Part shown: positions 20,412-34,120 of the stretch, piece by piece
Position numbering within the stretch: the first letter of the stretch is position 1
Layout: each line of letters begins with the position of its first letter
Source of the DNA: Amphiscolops sp. MND2022
Taxonomy: Eukaryota
NCBI GenBank assembly: GCA_964187785.1
Contig: OZ076413.1
Coordinates: 56,482,001-56,546,000 of the forward strand
Direction: 5' to 3'
DNA: 64,000 bases
Notes under the pieces: model-generated
Seen by the model: the letters and a program-made list of their open reading frames with translations, nothing else
Databases searched by the model: none
Told to the model about the DNA's origin: nothing
Made by a program: the position numbers and the translations under genes

Positions 20412-23270
20412 TGCGCGCACAGCAATAAAATCGCGCACTTTGAATAACACTTCGTCCTGGTTGGAAGCATAGTCGATTTCCTCTACTGTGAAAGCAGACA
20501 AGTCACTAAAAAAGGCATTTACAACATACAAATCATAATCACTAGATGAACGACCGACAGGTAATCGTGAAAGTGCATCCGCCACAGTATTGTCTTTTCC
20601 AGGTTTGTGTACAGCACTAGAATCGTAGCGTAATAACCTGGCAGACCTACATGCAAGTCTCAGTGGACGAACACCGTCCCCATTTTCACCATATAAGGTG
20701 CAGTAGAGATTTATGGCCAGTCTTCAAGGTGAAGTGCTTACCCCACAAGAATCTTTCGAACATCTCACGAGTACAAATACAAGCTAATAATTCCAGTTCG
20801 GGAACGTCATACTTTTTTCAAATTCTTGTAACGAACGATAAAAAACTGTTTTGTATTCACCATTTTTTTGCAGATGTGAAACTTCACCAATAATTCCATT
20901 TTTGGAAGCATCGCATGTAACAATAGTTTTTACTAGAGAATAATTCATTGCCAAAGGTTTAGCACGACTTAGCATTTTTTGAAGGCGTTTAATTTCTTCT
21001 GTATGACCCTCTGTCCACTTGAAGACGTTTTTATGAGGTAATTCATACAATTCGGCAGCTTCAGAAGAATAATTACTCGGCAAAAATTTTCTATAGCGAC
21101 TAAATAAACCTGGAGCAGAAGCTAAAGATCGTTTATCTTACTTTCATTTCAGCGATGGAAGTCAAATTATTCTCAAGAATAGCAAATTCAGACCGGTTTG
21201 AGGCCAAGCCATTCAATGTTCGTATTCTCAAACTCACATTTGTCAACTTTAGCTACCAATCCATTGGATTGCAATCTATTCAATACTGCGTTCAATCTTT
21301 CATCATGTTCTTCCTTTCTAGAACAATAAACAATGATGTCGTCAAGAAAACTGAAACAACCTTTCAAGTCAGCTAGTTTTATATCCATCTTTTTTTTAAA
21401 ATTTTGGAGAAACTTCTCGTAATCCAAATGCAGCTCCGATAAATTTGTTCAGTCCACAGGTTCAAATAAAGCCAAGCAGACGTTTAGTGTTTGAATCGGC
21501 TGGAAGTTGATGACAAGCATTAGATAAATCTATTTTTGAATAAAGTTTCGCATTAGTTATCAAATTTATTATAGACTCTGTGTTAGGTAAGGGGTAAGGA
21601 TCTTTCTTTATCGCTTTGTTTTCTTCTCGCAAGTCTTAGCCGAGCCTAATCTTTCGGTTTTTTTCTTCATGAAACAACATGACATGAGGACTAGCCCAAT
21701 CGATATCAACATAGGTACCGGGTTGAAGGACACCCAGTAAACAAGGTTTTTTAACTTCCTTCTCGACATGGTTTTCATTGCAAAAGGCAGAGGACGAGCT
21801 TTCAAAATAACGGGAATAATTGTTGCATCGATTGCTGAAGACAAAACAAAGTTTTTTGCATGACCAAGAGTATCAGAACCAAACAATTTCGGAAACTTCT
21901 GTTTGAAGAAACATCCTGGGTTTGTTTCTGGTATGCAAGTATGTACACGATTCAATTGTGTATGGTTTATTGATATTGCGAAATGCAGTTTGTCTAGAAT
22001 ATCGAGGCCAATCAAAGAAATTCCATGAGCTACATAAAAATCATGTCTGAATGACAAAGAACCGCTCGTGATTTCGAAGTTAAAAATTCCATGAGCATCA
22101 ATAGCAGAACCACCACAACGAGTTTTTTTTATTGGTTTTTAGTGCACTTTTTGTTTGGAAATAATTTGCCAAACGTATCTTTAGAAAGAATTGATGCCTT
22201 GACACTACTGTCAACAACAAATACAACACTTTTGTTGTTCAACTGTAAGAAATATTTGAAGAATTCCGGAAGAATCGAATTACAAAGACTATTTACAGTA
22301 AGGGTACCGGTTTTGAAGATTTTTCTTCCAGAGAGTTTGTAACAACAACATTTGAACTCGCACTACGGCACACTTTTGCAAAATTTATGCATTTCTGCAA
22401 TTTATGCATTTCTTGTCCGTAGCAGAACAATCTTTACTGTTAGCAAAATGTAGTTTAGATCCACAACGAAAACAGGATTGGATACTTTTAGCGGTAGATT
22501 TTGACTTTTGTTTACTGAATTTCGAATTGAACCGCTGTACAGTCTGAATATTACTATGAGCAGTTTCATTGTAATTTGTATTTTTGAGTGAAGCAGATGT
22601 AGAAATTCCGCTCCAATTCATTTAGCAATTTTCAAACATTCTTCCCGAGAAGGGTTATCTTGAAGTAAGCGATCTCTTATGCGAAGCTCTCCAACTCCAT
22701 TGATTAACTGATCTCGTTAGGATGTATCCAGAATAGCACCAAAATCGAATCTTTGAGCGAGTCGTCGTAATGCAACAACAAATTCATCAGTACTTTCACC
22801 TGATTTTTGAACACGACACCCGAGTGAATAACCCTCGGAAACTTCATCAGCAAAATGATTTTCAAGGCATTGTAAAACTTGTTCATAAGTATCATTAGCT
22901 ATTTGTGTATCATTTCGTAACGAACAGTAAATGGTCTGACCTTCAAGTCCAATTAAATGGAGCAAAATAGCTTTTTTCTTTTACTAGCCAAATCTGCGTA
23001 GTTCGTAGCCGTCATGTAATTGTTGAAAAGATGAATCCAATCCTTTCATGGAATTCATGGTTTCCCGGGATCAGGTAAAAATGGCGCAGCTAGGTTGAAG
23101 GTTTCAGACATTGTTTTCGGTAGTTTTAGTTTATCTCTGTCGCCATTTCATATTCTTGACTGCGGGAAAACCTTCGGTTACTTATTCAGTCAATTACGAA
23201 TCAATGTTATGTGATAATCAATCATGTATGAATCATTCATTCAAAACATATACCACACTATGCTAATACA
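20412..23270 (-). mobile_element. Degenerate Ty3/Gypsy retrotransposon (gag, protease, RT, RNase H; integrase lost)
   Basis: PBS TGGCGAC at 23139-23145; Gag LLHLIGLEGQTIY and RVQKSGESTDEFVVALRRLA; knuckle CFRCGSKLH; DSSVKASILS; FLDDIIVY; VTCDASKNGIIG; ADALSRLP. Many stops and frameshifts. Short LTR relic at about 23146-23270. Confidence 0.88.
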
Positions 23271-23608
23271 TGTAAGGACTATATTTCAAAACTCCTTAAT
23301 GCGAATCCTAGAAACGCGGAAAAACGCCAACATACTTTCACAGAAATTTCAAGGAAATTGGACTTTACTGATTGTTTTCCTGTCTTTCGCTGGTTTTTAG
23401 TAATACCAAAAATAAATTTTGTCCACAACTTTTCTCACAAGCTTCATGAACACTGAAGTTATCCACTCAAACAAGCCATTCATTCAAAAATGTACAAGGG
23501 GCCACGTTGTATGTAATTGACGCGCAAAATCCATGCATGGCATTCATCTCGAGATCTCATTTTCCGCAAGCGCACAATTTAGCCTCTGTGGCATTCTGTT
23601 AAATAATT

Positions 23609-23680
23609 GACCCTACCCAGGTTCGAACTCACTTCTCACTGACTATAAGCCTCGTGCTCTAACCACTGCGCCAAATCGTC
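23609..23680 (-). pseudogene. tRNA-derived sequence (tRNA-Ile(TAT)-like pseudogene or SINE head)
   Basis: A box TGGCGCAGTGG, B box GAGTTCGAACC, CTTATA loop. Acceptor and anticodon stems pair poorly. Confidence 0.55.
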
Positions 23681-26118
23681 TGTTATTTCACAAAATCAAC
23701 GTTTAGAATCATTGAATGAACTGATGAAAAGCCACTATAAATGTCGGCTCTATATTCCATTCATAGCGTCGATTGAAAAAGCGCATAATCTGATGTTTAA
23801 CTTCCATATATATATATATATATAAAAGTCGCAATTACCGTTTTTCAATATACATTGTATAATTTCAAGTGACCTGGATGCACGAACATCCACCAAGAAA
23901 GGTAGATGCCATCTATGCTAGAACTGATCACGTTGAATGATTGTCAAACATTGTATGTTTGAGAAACTCGATTAAAAACTGCTGATTACCCTAAACAACC
24001 CAGTGGAACTTTAAAGTCACATACCTTTTTTTCAATTCTAATCCGTTTTGCCAGTAGCCCATATTCTCTAACACATTTTTTTCAACAATTCTTTGGTACC
24101 TAGATTGGTTTGAATGGCACAAGAATTAGGAAAAGTGAATATGTCTCCAAAACTGAGAAAAATGAGTTTTTTTGCACAAAAAAATGTTATTTTTTTCTAA
24201 AATTCAGTTTTTGGCGAAATCCAGTTTTCTCAAAAAATCTTGTCCCATAGCAAAAACCAATCCCATACACTTGCACAACAAGTTCTTACGCAACAAATCC
24301 CAATAATATTCTGTTGTTACTACAAGCCCCCGCGCAGCGGGCCGCACGAAGCGACGGTACCGGAAAAAGAAATCAAAATTCTGAAGGAGGGGGCGCGCTG
24401 CCTTTTTTCAGACATTTCAAACGCGCTATAGTTCGTTTCTCTGGTACGCGTAGTTGTGGAGATATTGATAATTTAAATTTTTTAATCCAATTTTTTGAAA
24501 AATTGCAAAAACGCCCGGATCGTTTAGGGTTAAAATAAATTAGTTGGAAGTATTACAACGTTTACCGGGCGTCTTCTTTGCAAACTTCAGCGTTACTCTC
24601 AAATGCTTTCTAAATGTTTTCAACTTCCTCAATTGGCGAGAGTGCCGAGTATTGATCTTGTATAAACTTGTACAGGGTGTGAAACCATCGAACTTCTACA
24701 GATGAAAACTGGTTTGATGTTAATTTTATTGAAAATAAATAAGCAACAATCGCTTGTAGCTTCTTTATAGCCTCTCTGTCGCTAAATTATGGTAGCAAAC
24801 ACTCCTTCTTTTGTTCCAAAGTATTGACTTTATGAGTCAACGCATTTCCATCCTTTTCATGTTTTATTCTCGTATCTTTTGTAAAGAATTTTTTTTAGAT
24901 CAAACACAAAATACAAAGAGTATAGTTTTAATGTCATCGTCAGTTTTTGTTACATAATGTTATGTAAGAGTACCAAATTGGTCGTTGAACCGTGTCGTGG
25001 CCATTGGGAAGAGACTGTTCAGTTTTGCGCATCTGTGGTCTACGATTTTCGAATACAGTAGTGGTGACGAATTACAGAAAAAAAGCTCCATGGTCGGTTT
25101 TATTCACTCCTCTCAACATCTCATTTTTATTACTTTTAACACTAGTAGCTACTAGTATTGCCAATTGTTATCTCTGCTGGAAAAACATTCATCGGTATAA
25201 TATATTCATCAAGAGAAATGCCTTTGATTAAAAATTCTTAATCTAGTCCACATTCGTGTTTCTTTTATGAAAAATATTGCGGACACGAGCTTTTAATACC
25301 TCTTTATGTATTATTTGCTTTGCAATCCAAGTTTCCGATTTTTGCGTAATTTAGAAACTAGACAAAAATCCGAAACTTCTGTTTCTATCATATTTTGTAA
25401 AATTTCCCAGTTTTTGAGAAATTACCAATTACGGGGTTCCATTCTTCTATAACTGTACTGCACTTGTCTATTTACATACGGCTCCTTTATTCCTTTATTA
25501 TTTACATAGTTTGTAGCATTGATGGTTAACACTTTGAGGTTTTTGGTTCAAATGCCCTAAAAAGAAGAAAGTTAAGAATTCAAAATATCAATAATTAGCT
25601 AATTTTAAGCTAAGTTGAGCGATGTACCTTGTGTAGCAGTGGAATGGTAAAGTGGCATTATCATGTGGATTAACATCTTTCCAAATTGCCTAAATTACTG
25701 GCAAAAATGGAATTCGAAATTCGTATTCTGAATCTATGAATTTTTTCCTTGTGCTCTCAAACCCTTTCAATGCATGAATGCGGGTGTACTTCGAAATACA
25801 TTTGAGATTTCCTGTAGTAAAAATAATTGGTCTATTTAGGAAATATTCGCTGATAGCAAATTCACACGATGGCCCTACAATTTATACTACACAATGTAAA
25901 AACTAAACCGTGTTGAAACTAGCACAAAACTTCAAAATGTGAACTTTTTAGTTTTCGACTCTCATTTTTAGACACTTCTTCAGAAGCTGCATATATCTCC
26001 ATAAATACACCTACCATGAATGTATTTTGTTTATCATCGAGTTCTGTGGAAGGCTCGATGGACTATAAGAAAGATTGTGGCAAAGTGTAAAAAAAACGTT
26101 TATGAGTGATTAATGTGA

Positions 26119-26656
26119 AACAAGCCGGGAACGGCCAAAGTCGGCGCTATATCTAAGGCTCAAAATTGTTAAAGGGGGGCCCTTTGGAATTTGTGAAACT
26201 CCAGTTGGTTGCAAAATATCAAAAAATTGAAGGGGAGACCCTTTGGAGACATTAATAAATTCGAAAAAAAAATTTAATTAGATTTTTGAACAGTGTCACA
26301 GTGCCGAAAAATGTAAAGGGGGGACCCTTTGGGATTTTTAACATCTATTGTGTTGCAAAATATTTAAAAAATTGAAGGGGAGACCCTTTGGTGGAATCCA
26401 AAAAGCTTCAAAAAAAGTCGCATAGTGCCGAAAAAAATCCGAGTGAAAAACCAAAGGGGGGATCCTATGTTATCGAGGTTCTGGACGTCGATGTTTTTGA
26501 CGAGGTTCTGGCGTTTCGAGTATGTTTTGGAGGTCCGTAGTTAAAGTTGACGATGTTGAACAAATGAACAAAAAAGTGGACCGATCGTGTTGAACTGACG
26601 AAAAAAAACTAGTCACTGTAATAGTCGGGTTTTTCTTCGAAAACGCCGACTAAAAA
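26119..26656 (-). mobile_element. Family A Helentron-like copy
   Basis: AACAAGCCGGGAACGGCCAAAGTCGGCGC at the left end and CGCCGACTAAAAAA at the right end. Confidence 0.75.
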
Positions 26657-28750
26657 AGAAAATCAGATAGCAGTCGTCAAATATGTACTATGCATTCAAA
26701 CACTTAATTGCAATGTGGAATTTGGAAACCTGCTGTGCCATCGTATTTGAAAGTAAATTTTATTCCTTTTTCAACCCGTCCAATTCTTGAGTAATTAATT
26801 GGTTCTAGCTGTACATTGAATAATTGATGGACAACGCGAAATGTGAAGTTCAAAGAATTTTTCAGATCTTGTTGACACTTGTTTATACTCTAATGGGTCA
26901 TTTTTTACTAAGCATTACGTCAGACCATTTCAGCCGAGGTCATTGACCTAATATAGATGTCTTTTTAGGAACGTTAAATTATCCATACTAGAAACTATAT
27001 CTTTTAACCGCTTCATGGTTAAGTGGAATGAGTCGTTTTACTTACTTACCCTCAAGATGAAACAATTGCGTGCAAAGTAAGCGAGGAAAGTTCGTAATTG
27101 TATACCCATTTTATTACAACAAGCAATTCCGTTTGGACGTAAACTTCAAAGCGTTACATCCTAATTGTGAATACTCAGTCAAGTCAGATAGATCATCAAA
27201 ATGGAATCTGACCTTCTGTGCTTAGTTCTTTGAATAATCCTTACGTATAATTATAAATTCTTTGGGCTTCTGAAATTTGACCCCAAATTAGACATTTGAT
27301 GGTTCCTGGTACCCGGTTTCGATCTCATTAACTCTAGCTTGTTGGAGTTACGTAACCAGGTTGTCGGGATTACATAATCAAACGAATGACGTCAGAACAG
27401 CCACCAAAAGGTAGTACTTTACAAGACTCGGACAAAGCCCAAGGCGACAACCATCACTCGGAGTCTTCGGAACCAGAAGAAGAATCATCTGAGCATGGAA
27501 CAGCTATAAAGTTCAGCCCCGAATCAACTACTTATCAAGACTTGTACATAAAAGGAGACGGAGATTACGAACTGCGTCGTAGATCTAAAGTTGCCGAGTC
27601 TTACGAATTTATATCTCACGCCGACATAACTTCTGTTCAAGAGAGCAACGGAAAGGCAAGGATCACAGTTCGATGCCACAGAGATCTGAAAATCCACACC
27701 CGGTCTAAAATTTCATGTCAGAAATTTTAAAACCAGCTTTTGGATGAATCTTAGAAAGCAATTAGAAAATCTTTGATCTTTGAAGAATTACTCTCTTAGG
27801 ACTATATTTTAAATGCAGCTTTTGATGAACAATTGATTGCACGAGTATCGTTTCACCGTTATTTGAATTCGACCAGCTTTCTTGAGCCCAAATTAAGATT
27901 CGATGTCATATAAGCAAGATTTTTTATTCAACGCAAAATTGTGTATTTAAAGACAGTCAACATGAAGCTCTGTCGAGGGCTCGTTGGGCCCAAAATACCA
28001 TCTAGTTGTCGAGAACTCATAGAATGCTTGCCGTATAAGGTGTTTAGACAGCATAGACATATAACTACCTTTGTTGGACAACGATTTGAGTTTACTCTCG
28101 ATAAATTACTATTGCCTCATAAAATATTTTGTGGAATATGCAGTCTAATTGAAAGAAGATTGCCTTGACGCTTTTTTTCAAAAAATTTTTTCCAAAAAAA
28201 TTGCGAGACTGCTTTTTTGAATCCGACGGTTTAGCCAATAGTCTTTATACTTGACATAGCTAGCATACTATTTGTTGTGAAACTGAAACTCCTCAGTTTT
28301 GCCAAAGCAAGTCAAAAAATTTAAGCAAAACTGAAACCTATGGCTGTACCTCATCTGACTGCATGGAGAAAGTGTGGCTACCTTTCCTGTTGAAACCCAT
28401 TTTTTGTTCAGACGTCTTTTTTTTGGGGGTATTTCTCCGTCCAGCGAACGTTTTGATAGCATCTATGGAACTATGGAAACCTCGAGGCTGTAACATCTAT
28501 AATGAATTTCAACGATTTTCAACCAAATTCTAAGATTTACAGATTCCAAGATTCAATCAAATTTCATCTCCCATAACTTTTTTGAATACAAACACAAGCA
28601 AGATTAAGTACTAGAATGAACAGAAATTTCTTCCTGTTCTGAAGTAACTTAACCCCTGCAAAATGTAGAATCCAACGTTTTTCTGGGCTCCTAAAAGCTT
28701 CAAGGATAAGTCCATGAAGTTCATGGACTTATCATAAGCATCGAGTGTGA

Positions 28751-28980
28751 GGTTTATTGCACATGACGAAGTCAATGTGCATTGCAGTCCAGCTAAGAAA
28801 GTTTTTTTTTCCACTATAGTCAACTTCATAATAAGCGCCTTTTAGAGAAAAGCCAAAACCCCAGAGAGATTCGAACCTGCAGCCTCCCGATTGCGCGGAT
28901 TAAAATAATATATATACGCATATTAAAATAATCGTTGTCTTCGTCATGTGTTGCGAAGCACCGCTTCGCCTCTGTGTTTA
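28751..28980 (+). mobile_element. Helentron-like family B (internally deleted copy)
   Basis: Subterminal repeats CACATGACGAAG / CTTCGTCATGTG and 3' hairpin GCGAAGC-ACC-GCTTCGC followed by CTCTGTGTT; aligns to 30886-31180. Confidence 0.7.
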
Positions 28981-30058
28981 CACTTAGTTTAAAATTAAAC
29001 ATGGTTTTCGATCCAATGTGGGCGTCAAATTGTGCGTCCTTGCGAGTAGGGTTCAGAAAGAGGTAGACGACGCAATACATTCAGTTGTGGAATTTGTTAC
29101 TTCTGTCGCCAATTATGTAGATGGTTGAATCGGTTAATAGTCCCAGAGGAAGAAGACAAAACACATGCAGCACATTCGGAGGACCAAGATTCGGACTCTG
29201 CAAAGTATGCAGCTTTAAACTGAAATACAAAATTCTTTCAAGAATTTTCATGCATACTTACACAATTGTATGCGTGCTGCTTTTTATGCTGCAAGTGTGA
29301 CTGCATATAATTTTTTTAACTTTTCATCGCCTATGCGCTGTATACCATGTCACACTGTCGAGAAACCATATGTTACTCTAAGTTGGTATTACTCTTAGAA
29401 GTGACAATGTAATTATTGCAATTTTAACTACTGTACCACATTCAATAACTACTGTACCGAATTCAATGCTTTGTATTATTACTTTTTATACCATTTGTTC
29501 TTATTTTTATCTACTTTAACTGCTGATGAGTTTATCGTCTATTTCGGAAACGTAAGTAAAACGCGTGTTTTAATGCCTGCATGGATAGTTCTATACCTCA
29601 AAATTGCAGAGAATACTACTGATGCTCTGGGGATTGCTGCGCAGAGTCGAATTATATCGGATCGAAAACGATGCAAAACTATAGGATCGAAAGATGTGCC
29701 CTAAATGCAGAAGCGAAACGGAGCGACATGCCACTACTTGACCAGCGGCAGGTTTCGACGAAGGCCGACCTGGAAGGAAGGAGGAAGGCCGAGTCATACA
29801 ACCAACTTTGGTTTCTCAATTTATATTGAAATTATCATTTTCCATCCTGAATGATTCGATCCGAAATAATTCGACTCTGGAGAGGCAACTCCTCTGTAAA
29901 ACCCAATTACTATGTTACTTGATATCATCCGAGGTTTATCTTTGTCTTTGGGGTGTTTGATAAGAAACAAGGTCTATCCAATGTTTTCCATTATGCTGGA
30001 AGTAAATTTGGATAAAAATAATTGTTAGGGAAAATGAAAAATAGCGCAAATGTTTCAG

Positions 30059-30383
30059 GGTTGACAAAGTGTATGCTTTCTTCGTGCAATGGACCCCTGA
30101 TGACGCTGCGGGGGCCTCGGAAGAAAGTGGGGCGGACGAGAGGAACGCGTTCGTCATGGTTACTTCTGACGAGGGCCTCGACTCTGGCTTGGAAAACGAA
30201 AACGAGGGTGAAGGGGAAGGGGAAGGACCGGGGACAGACGCTCAGAAACTACAGCCAATGGGAGCAGAGGACATGGAAGCCAGCATGACCTCTTCAATGA
30301 AGAGCAGGAAGACTACAGTCATGTCCACAGACTCATTTTGGGCCGACCAGTCTTTGTCCAGGAAATACACCAAAGAGTGGGAG
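30059..30383 (+). CDS. OXR1: OXR1-like exon (VDKVYAFFVQWTP...KYTKEWE)
   Basis: tgtttcag| acceptor and gag|gtacct donor; matches OXR1 DHLYAFFIQWSP and EWE. The preceding intron is about 21.2 kb. Confidence 0.85.
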
Positions 30384-30885
30384 GTACCTAGATTTATACT
30401 ATGACAATTGGTTTACCCTTATGACTAGTCTAATGTGTGTGAAATATAGAAAGGGAGAAAACAGCTATTGCCACCAACTGCTTCAGCAATGTGCAACGCC
30501 CAAATAGCGAAACTGCCAAACAGTAAACTAAGGGTTTTGTTACTTTGTTTTGCGGCTTGGTTTTTAGCGAGTTGTCAACCAGATCGCAAGTGTAAATATG
30601 TATATCAATTTTCGTAAATGTTTCTAAACCGCCTCCGCTAGGTAAAAGACGACTTCAATGTGAATCTAACAGGTTTATTGAGTCGATTCACGTTACCGTT
30701 GTTCACAAGTTTGTCTCGTTACTCATGAACTGAACGTGACGTGACTATCATATTGACTTTTCAAGAGTTTTCAACCGGCCAAAACTATTCGAAGTTTAAC
30801 TTTTCATATTGTAATGTTAGTATTCGAATTATGCTATATTGTTTTTTGACATTGTGCAACATGTTTAAAAGGGTCCTCTTGTCAT

Positions 30886-31180
30886 ATTTTTATTGCACAT
30901 GACGAAGTCAATGTGCATTGCAGTCCAGCTAAGAAAGTTTTTTTCCACAATAGTCAACTTCATAATGAGCGCCTTTTAGACAAAAGCCAAAACCCCTGAG
31001 AGATTCGAACCTGCAGCCTCCCGATTGCACGGCATAAGTGTTGACCACTGTGCCATAGGGACGTTATTGAACAAAGTTGAACTGTTGAATATATACACAT
31101 GCGATTAAAATAATATATATACGCATATTAAAATAATGTCTTCGTCATGTGTTGCGAAGCACCGCTTCGCCTCTGTGTTC
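30886..31180 (+). mobile_element. Helentron-like family B with an internal tRNA-like cassette (30993-31062, - strand)
   Basis: Same ends as 28751-28980. The cassette has A box TGGCACAGTGG and B box GGTTCGAATC. Confidence 0.7.
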
Positions 31181-32263
31181 AAATTACATTCAAATACAAT
31201 TCCCCGAAAATTTTTCATAGAAGGATTCTTTGCTTCCATTTCATTTGATGTTTTCAGTAGGAAAGAAGCCTTTTAAGCCTAAAGGGTTCTCCTTCAGAGT
31301 TTTATTTATTCACTGTGAGATTTCAAGAGTTTTAAGAACAGTTCTTTAATGATTGGAAGAAATTTATTTTTCTAAGTAGACTTTTTTGTTCCTGTGATGA
31401 AAAGATGTCTACTATTATTTTACCTATTCCCGTTTTTTCCTGCTTTCTGTTGATCATTGAGTCATGCATCCTGTGCAAGCTATGATGTGAGCACTTATGT
31501 TTTCTGGATACTTTTTTCGACTTTTGGAGAAAAGACACGTTTCGTCAAATTCGTTTCATCATTTTTTCTTTCACAGGGTATAATCGATTTCGCTCTACTT
31601 ATTGAACTCCTTGAGATTGCGGAAGGTTACATAACAGAGCTATATGTCATTCGTTCTTCAATTTCGCACAGAGTAATTTGAATACTTTTCTTTTATAAAA
31701 TGTTCTTACTTTCTAAATATTTGAACTTGCTTACACCCGTGCATCAAACTTTTCTAGTATTTCAGTACGCAGCTAGACTTGCAATTCATGAACCGTTTCC
31801 AAGATTAGGACAAGCGCGAAATTGTCGAAAATTCCGACAATTCACTAAGCATCTGATTATTTCAGTGCTACCAAAGTTTTGGTAATTCCCGATGTTAAAC
31901 TGCTTGAGCGTCAAATTGGTCTAGACACAATGGTCAGAATATTTTCAATGGTCTAATGATAGCGCAACTGGCTAAAACTTTTGAACAATGTAATACTGGG
32001 GTACTTTGTTGAAACTGTCAAATTTTCAAGTAGAATGGAATTTTTTTCATTTCCCACACGCGAAATATTTCGGAAAATTTTTGTTACAGAAAAATTTCTG
32101 AAAATTATTACAAAACTTTATGAAAGTCTAATTTAATTCTCTCGAAAATTTTTGGAACATGTATTAAATTTTGATTTTCATCATGCTTACAAGAGTTGTG
32201 AAATCAAGTGTGAACAGTCGATCAACTGCTTTGAACGTCTGCCATAGTTTAGTCTCGTTTCAG

Positions 32264-32377
32264 ATCCTGCACCATGACGAGTACAGCCGAAGACAACGAA
32301 GGTTGTTAGAACAGACATTGCCAATGCCAGAAATCCAAGGAGAATCTCTCATCATGACGGTTGCTCATGTTCGAAAG
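32264..32377 (+). CDS. OXR1: OXR1-like exon (ILHHDEYSRR...LPMPEIQGESLIMTVAHVRK)
   Basis: gtttcag| acceptor and aag|gtatgc donor; phase 0/0; lead-in to the TLDc domain. Confidence 0.85.
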
Positions 32378-32601
32378 GTATGCTCTCTCAATTGTAGAAT
32401 GCAATAGTCTCGGCAAATTTTCAAGGTTTGGCGTGAACGGCTAGTGGTCTATAAATATGGCATTTTTCCAAAATATCATCAAAATAGTTGAACAAAAAAG
32501 TAAGATTTTGCCCATCGACGTGTTCCTCAATATTCCACAGGAAGATATTCCACAATATTCCATTCTTTTTTTAAAAAAAAAACGTTTGCAGAGCATGTAT
32601 G

Positions 32602-33351
32602 TTTTTAGTCGGCGCCTTTTCCCTTAAGGAAAAAAGCCCGACGATTACAGTGGGCAGTTTTTTTCTTTTTCAGCTTACAATCTCACTCTGAATGGTCCAC
32701 TTTTTACAATTTGTTCATCTGTTCTGTTGTTCATCTTCGACTAAATTTCTGAAGCCGGAGAGCGAGGTTCGATTCTCGCACTAAACCATAATATTTTTAT
32801 GCTTCCAAAAGTACAGCAGGTGAAACCAAAGGGTCCCCCTTTGGGTTTTTTTCGGCACTCTGCGACTTTTTTCGAAAATTTTCGAATATCATCAAAGGGT
32901 ACCCCTTGCATTTTTTTGAAGTTTTCGGTTTGTAAAAAACGTTTAATGGGCCTCAATGACCTCTTTTTGGGTTTTTCGGCACTGTGCGACTTTAACCGAA
33001 TACTTTTAAAAAATATATATTTTTTTCAAATGCTTCCTATAGTTGTTTTCGGCTTAGTGAGACTTTTTTTCGCAAATTTTTCAAATGTCTCCAAAGGGTC
33101 CCCCTTCATTTTTTCCTATTTTTCCAAAGAATGGATGTTCAAAAACTCCTAAATGCCTTCTTTTACATTTGTCGGCACTATGCGACTTACCGAGGACCAA
33201 AAAAATTCAAAAAAATTTTCAAAAAAAAATAATTTTTTTTCTATTTTTTCCTCACGTGGGTTTTGTAGAAGAGAATACCTGACACATTGAAATCCTTTTG
33301 CTATTTTTGAGCCTTAGATATGGCGCCGACTTGGGCCGTTCCCGGCTTGTT
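32602..33351 (+). mobile_element. Family A Helentron-like copy (complete ends)
   Basis: TTTTTAGTCGGCGCC...GGCGCCGACTTGGGCCGTTCCCGGCTTGTT; lies in an OXR1 intron. Confidence 0.8.
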
Positions 33352-33426
33352 AACTATACTTGTTGCTACCCAGTTTGTGATCAAATCGTTTCAGTCCGTG
33401 TAATGTGTAGCATTTTTGTTTGTCAG

Positions 33427-33747
33427 ATGATGCCAAACTTGCCGTCTAGATGTATGGGCTCCGTTTGGTGCTGCATGTATAACAGCACCCTGGATGGACT
33501 GTCAATCAACACCCTGTACCGCAAGTGCAAGAGTCCCCACTTAGACAGTGGCATATGCTGCATGCTCATCATTGAACCACGCGAGAAACGTCGCAAAAAC
33601 TCGACCGCGCCGCAATCACCGTCCACCTCTACCCTCACCAGTCAAGGCACCTCTAAATCTGCCAGCGACTCCTTCGACGAACCAAGTGTCCAACACGCCA
33701 ATGCTGCACAACCTCAGAGCAATCTGCCCACAGAAGGCGTCAAAGAT
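33427..33747 (+). CDS. OXR1: OXR1-like exon, TLDc N-terminal half
   Basis: tttgtcag| acceptor; LPSR..W...Y....G.S..TLYR TLDc pattern. Donor gat|gttagc inferred from phase. Confidence 0.85.
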
Positions 33748-34120
33748 GTTAGCTTTCATTACTATAATAATGAAGTTTTTCACTCGTTTGGTCCCACCGA
33801 ATTAACAGTTCACAACCGTGGCTGTAAAAACATCAGCTTACGAACGTGTGCAAAAAGTTGCAGTGATAAGGCGATAGAATTGAAGATTTTATTGAAGTTT
33901 TATCAATCTGTAGAAATCATCAATAAATCATATCAGTTCAATCTGGCATTTTTATTGTGTATGTTCTACTAGAAGTTTCTGTGATTGCAAGGAAACAAGG
34001 CATTGAAAGTTTTCCTGGATTTTCATGGAAACTAGGTTGCTTCAATAGAATTCGTCTTTGTGTGTAAACTATGGGAATACTTGTTTGCGTATGTATTATT
34101 GGTGTTGTTTTCGGTTTCAG

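Noticed and set aside
23609-23680. Functional tRNA gene (likewise 30993-31062 and 38030-38097)
   Set aside because: A/B boxes are present but acceptor and anticodon stems pair poorly, and two of the three are embedded in multicopy repeats.
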